This document shows, piece after piece, positions 61,512 to 64,000 of a stretch of DNA of 64,000 bases (position 1 is the stretch's first letter; every line of letters starts with the position of its first letter). The translations under genes and the position numbers were made by a program. The notes under the pieces are model-generated. The model had not been told where the DNA came from and did no database searches. It saw nothing but the letters and a program-made list of their open reading frames with translations. This DNA is from Chiloscyllium plagiosum (taxonomy: Eukaryota), in the NCBI RefSeq assembly GCF_004010195.1, contig NC_057718.1, positions 69,144,346 through 69,208,345 of the forward strand, given 5' to 3'.

Positions 61512-61820
61512 ACAGCATGGTGGCTCAGTGGCTAGCACTGCTGCCTTACAGTGCCAGGCAACCCGGATTTGATTCCACCTATGGATGACTGTCTGTGTGG
61601 AGTTTGTACATTTACCCCATGTGTGCATGGGTTGCCTCTGGGTGCTTCAGTTTCCTCCTATAAGTTAGATGGATTGGCCATGCTAAATTGCCCATTGTGT
61701 CCAGGCATAATAGTTTAAATGGATTAGCCATGGGAAATGCAGCATTGCAAAGATAGGGGTGGCTTTGGGTGGGATGCTCTTCAGAGGGTCAAATGGCCTA
61801 CTTCTACAATGTAGGGATGC
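61512..61820 (+). mobile_element. HE1 SINE
   Basis: GGTGGCTCAGTGGCTAGCACTGCTGCC head and canonical body. Confidence 0.88.
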
Positions 61821-62419
61821 TATACATGGATGGCACCAATCCACTTGCAGCTACAGCATCATTAACAGTCTATTTAGACCACTCCAATCCCATCAATGCT
61901 TTCTTACTTCATGCACTGCTAGGACCATGCCCACTCCCAAGCTCTGCTCTCCTGCTCCACACTCTGTTCAGATTTACCCTACTACCAGCTCTGCTCCCAT
62001 GCTCTGCCAAGCTCTGCTCAGACCCTCTCTGTTCCCTTGCTTCACTTTCTGCTCAGACACAATCTATTCCCAGCACTGCTCGCAAGTTCCACACTCTGCT
62101 GAGACCCTACCCTCTCCCAGTTATACTCCCTTGCTCCAAACTCCACTCAGACATTCCCCACTCCAACTTTGCTCAACAGTCTGCCTAGACCTTCTCCTCA
62201 CTGGCTCTGGATCAGTCCGAGATCCCTGCCTCAATGTGGTAAGTGTTCCTGCTGCAGCCTTTCAATGCTAGTTGCCAGTATACCCTGCAATTTAAATATG
62301 TACTTCCTAAGCAGCCTGCATGTGTATTGGAGATGTTTCTCGATAGTCTTGATGGGATGTCAATGTCAGATGTCAATATCTCTGAATGAAGTGTGCTTGC
62401 AGCTTGTGTCCGTAGACAT

Positions 62420-63000
62420 ACTGGCCACACTGCCATACATTAAGGGTATACCAGAAATGGCCACCAGACTACTCCAACCCCTGGGTATCATAGTAGTCCA
62501 CAAAGTAACTACCACACTACGATAGCTACTAACAAGTATAACCAACAGGACCAACGTTATATACAAAAAACCATGTAAAGATCACCAAAAGCACAATATA
62601 GGGCAAACTGGAAGGAAATTACCTACCAGGGTACACGAACACCAACTAGCCACCAAGAGACATGACTAGCTGTCACTTGTACCCATACACTCGGACAGTG
62701 AAGATCACTAATTTGACTGGGACAACGGATCCATCCCAGGACAAGCCAAACAGAGGCTTGCATGGAAATTCCTGGAAGCTGGGCACTCAACCTGGAACTC
62801 CATTAACAAACATGTAGAGTTGGACCCTATATACCAACTATTAAGGAACAGCAACAAAATTGGAAATGACACCACCAACCCCAGCAGACCCAGACATCCA
62901 ATGCTTTACCAGAGGCACACTGATGATGTTACCTAGAATGGTGATGAAATGTCTGCGAACAAACCTACCAGGTCAGTGAGCAAGTCAACAACCTCATCCA
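62420..63000 (+). mobile_element. Penelope-type PLE 3' part: RT C-terminus/linker, GIY-YIG endonuclease and 3' hammerhead
   Basis: TLPYIKGIPEMATRLLQPLGI...TNVIYKKPCKDHQKHNIGQTGRKLPTRVHEHQLA, with in-frame stops. Confidence 0.88.
62918..62955 (+). ncRNA. Minimal hammerhead motif downstream of the GIY-YIG ORF
   Basis: CA-CUGAUGA-U-GUUACC uagaau GGUGAU-GAA-AUGU-C-UG. Confidence 0.7.
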
Positions 63001-63667
63001 ATGCTGATTTCTGTATTAGGATTTCTCAGTATCAAACTTATTTGGCAAGTTTGCTGAGATGGGAAGATTAATATTGATGAGGTGTGGCATTAATAAAGGT
63101 CATTAATAAGTTATAATTCCCCTTAAGTTGGCAACTCTCTGCTGCCTAGTGGGAAACCTTGCATGCAGGAAATGCATAAAAATGCAGCGAGATGCTCATG
63201 CATGAGATAGGCCTTGTCAAACTTCTCATTTGATTCTGGTACAAATCTTTCCATTGTTCATATCTTTCAGACATTAGATTCTGCCCATGGTTTTATTAGA
63301 GACTAATGTTTGAATGTTACATTACTTTAGCTCAGAATAACCAATATCTTTAGATACAAAATCTATCTAAAATTTATAATATAGTTATTTCCTTCTGAAA
63401 TAGGTTGGAAATCATACAATTCTCCAACCCATTTCCCTAGAGTATTGCAGAACTGGGCATATTACTTAAGTTAGTGCAGACCTAAGCAGGCTTACAGCTT
63501 ACACTGGGAGACTGGATATGGAGGCTAGCACTTTCTTTTCTGCAACCCACTCAATTCTCCATCCACATTAATTTATGAGCATTAATCCTGTAGAGATACT
63601 GCTGACTTCTGTGCACGTCCAGTATTGGTTTTTTTATGTAATTTATTAATATGGTTAATAGAAAAAG

Positions 63668-63735
63668 AAGGGCAGACAGGGCCTCAATTTAATATTTCAT
63701 CTGAAAGACAGTATCTAAAAATGCAGCATTTCTTC
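63668..63735 (-). mobile_element. Deu-domain SINE (SacSINE1-like) remnant
   Basis: Minus strand ATGCTGC...CTGTCTTTCAGATGAAATATTAAATTGAGGCCCTGTCTGCCC resembles the Deu-SINE central domain as I recall it. Confidence 0.55.
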
Positions 63736-64000
63736 TGGTAATCACATCATTTTGTTTGGTCTTAATTACATAAATGATGTAAGACTATAGTTTTGGTGAT
63801 TACTTCTTCTTTAAATTGTCTGTGGAAGTAGAACAGTGAGATAGGTGGTTTTGCCTCTAATTTGCTAATTAACCTGGCGATACAGTGCTTATGTTTCCCC
63901 TCATAACATAAGAAACTAGGCATTGATATAATGGTATTGAAGCATCCAATAGATGTTTATTACATTTAGAAATTAAACACTAACATTGCATTCACAGGCA

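Noticed and set aside
61759..62271. Overlapping 139-170 aa ORFs
   Set aside because: C/T-rich low-complexity sequence plus a SINE tail, which is stop-poor by composition. No protein motif.

Overview
This is repeat-dense, AT-rich vertebrate genomic DNA, almost certainly from a shark. The inference rests on HE1-type tRNA-derived SINEs and HER1/CR1 LINEs; a carpet or bamboo shark is plausible but unproven. Most of the window is decayed, nested transposable elements: many CR1 LINE fragments, about 12 HE1 SINEs, Penelope-like elements (PLEs) of two types with GIY-YIG remnants, a fossil Gypsy LTR element, Harbinger-type Myb/SANT remnants, and Rex1, L2 and Deu-SINE remnants. There is one 120-N gap. 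Nearly all listed ORFs are TE fragments or chance ORFs. The most striking structure is a population of minimal type-I hammerhead ribozyme motifs (CUGANGA-stem II-GAAA-palindromic stem III-NUH) in four sequence families. They sit in short, often palindromic, TSD-flanked PLE-derived elements, and two copies (28032-28066 + and 52556-52590 -) have an intact core. A chain of phase-compatible candidate exons on the + strand suggests the window may be introns of an unidentified gene, but this is low-to-moderate confidence. TE boundaries are approximate and read by eye.
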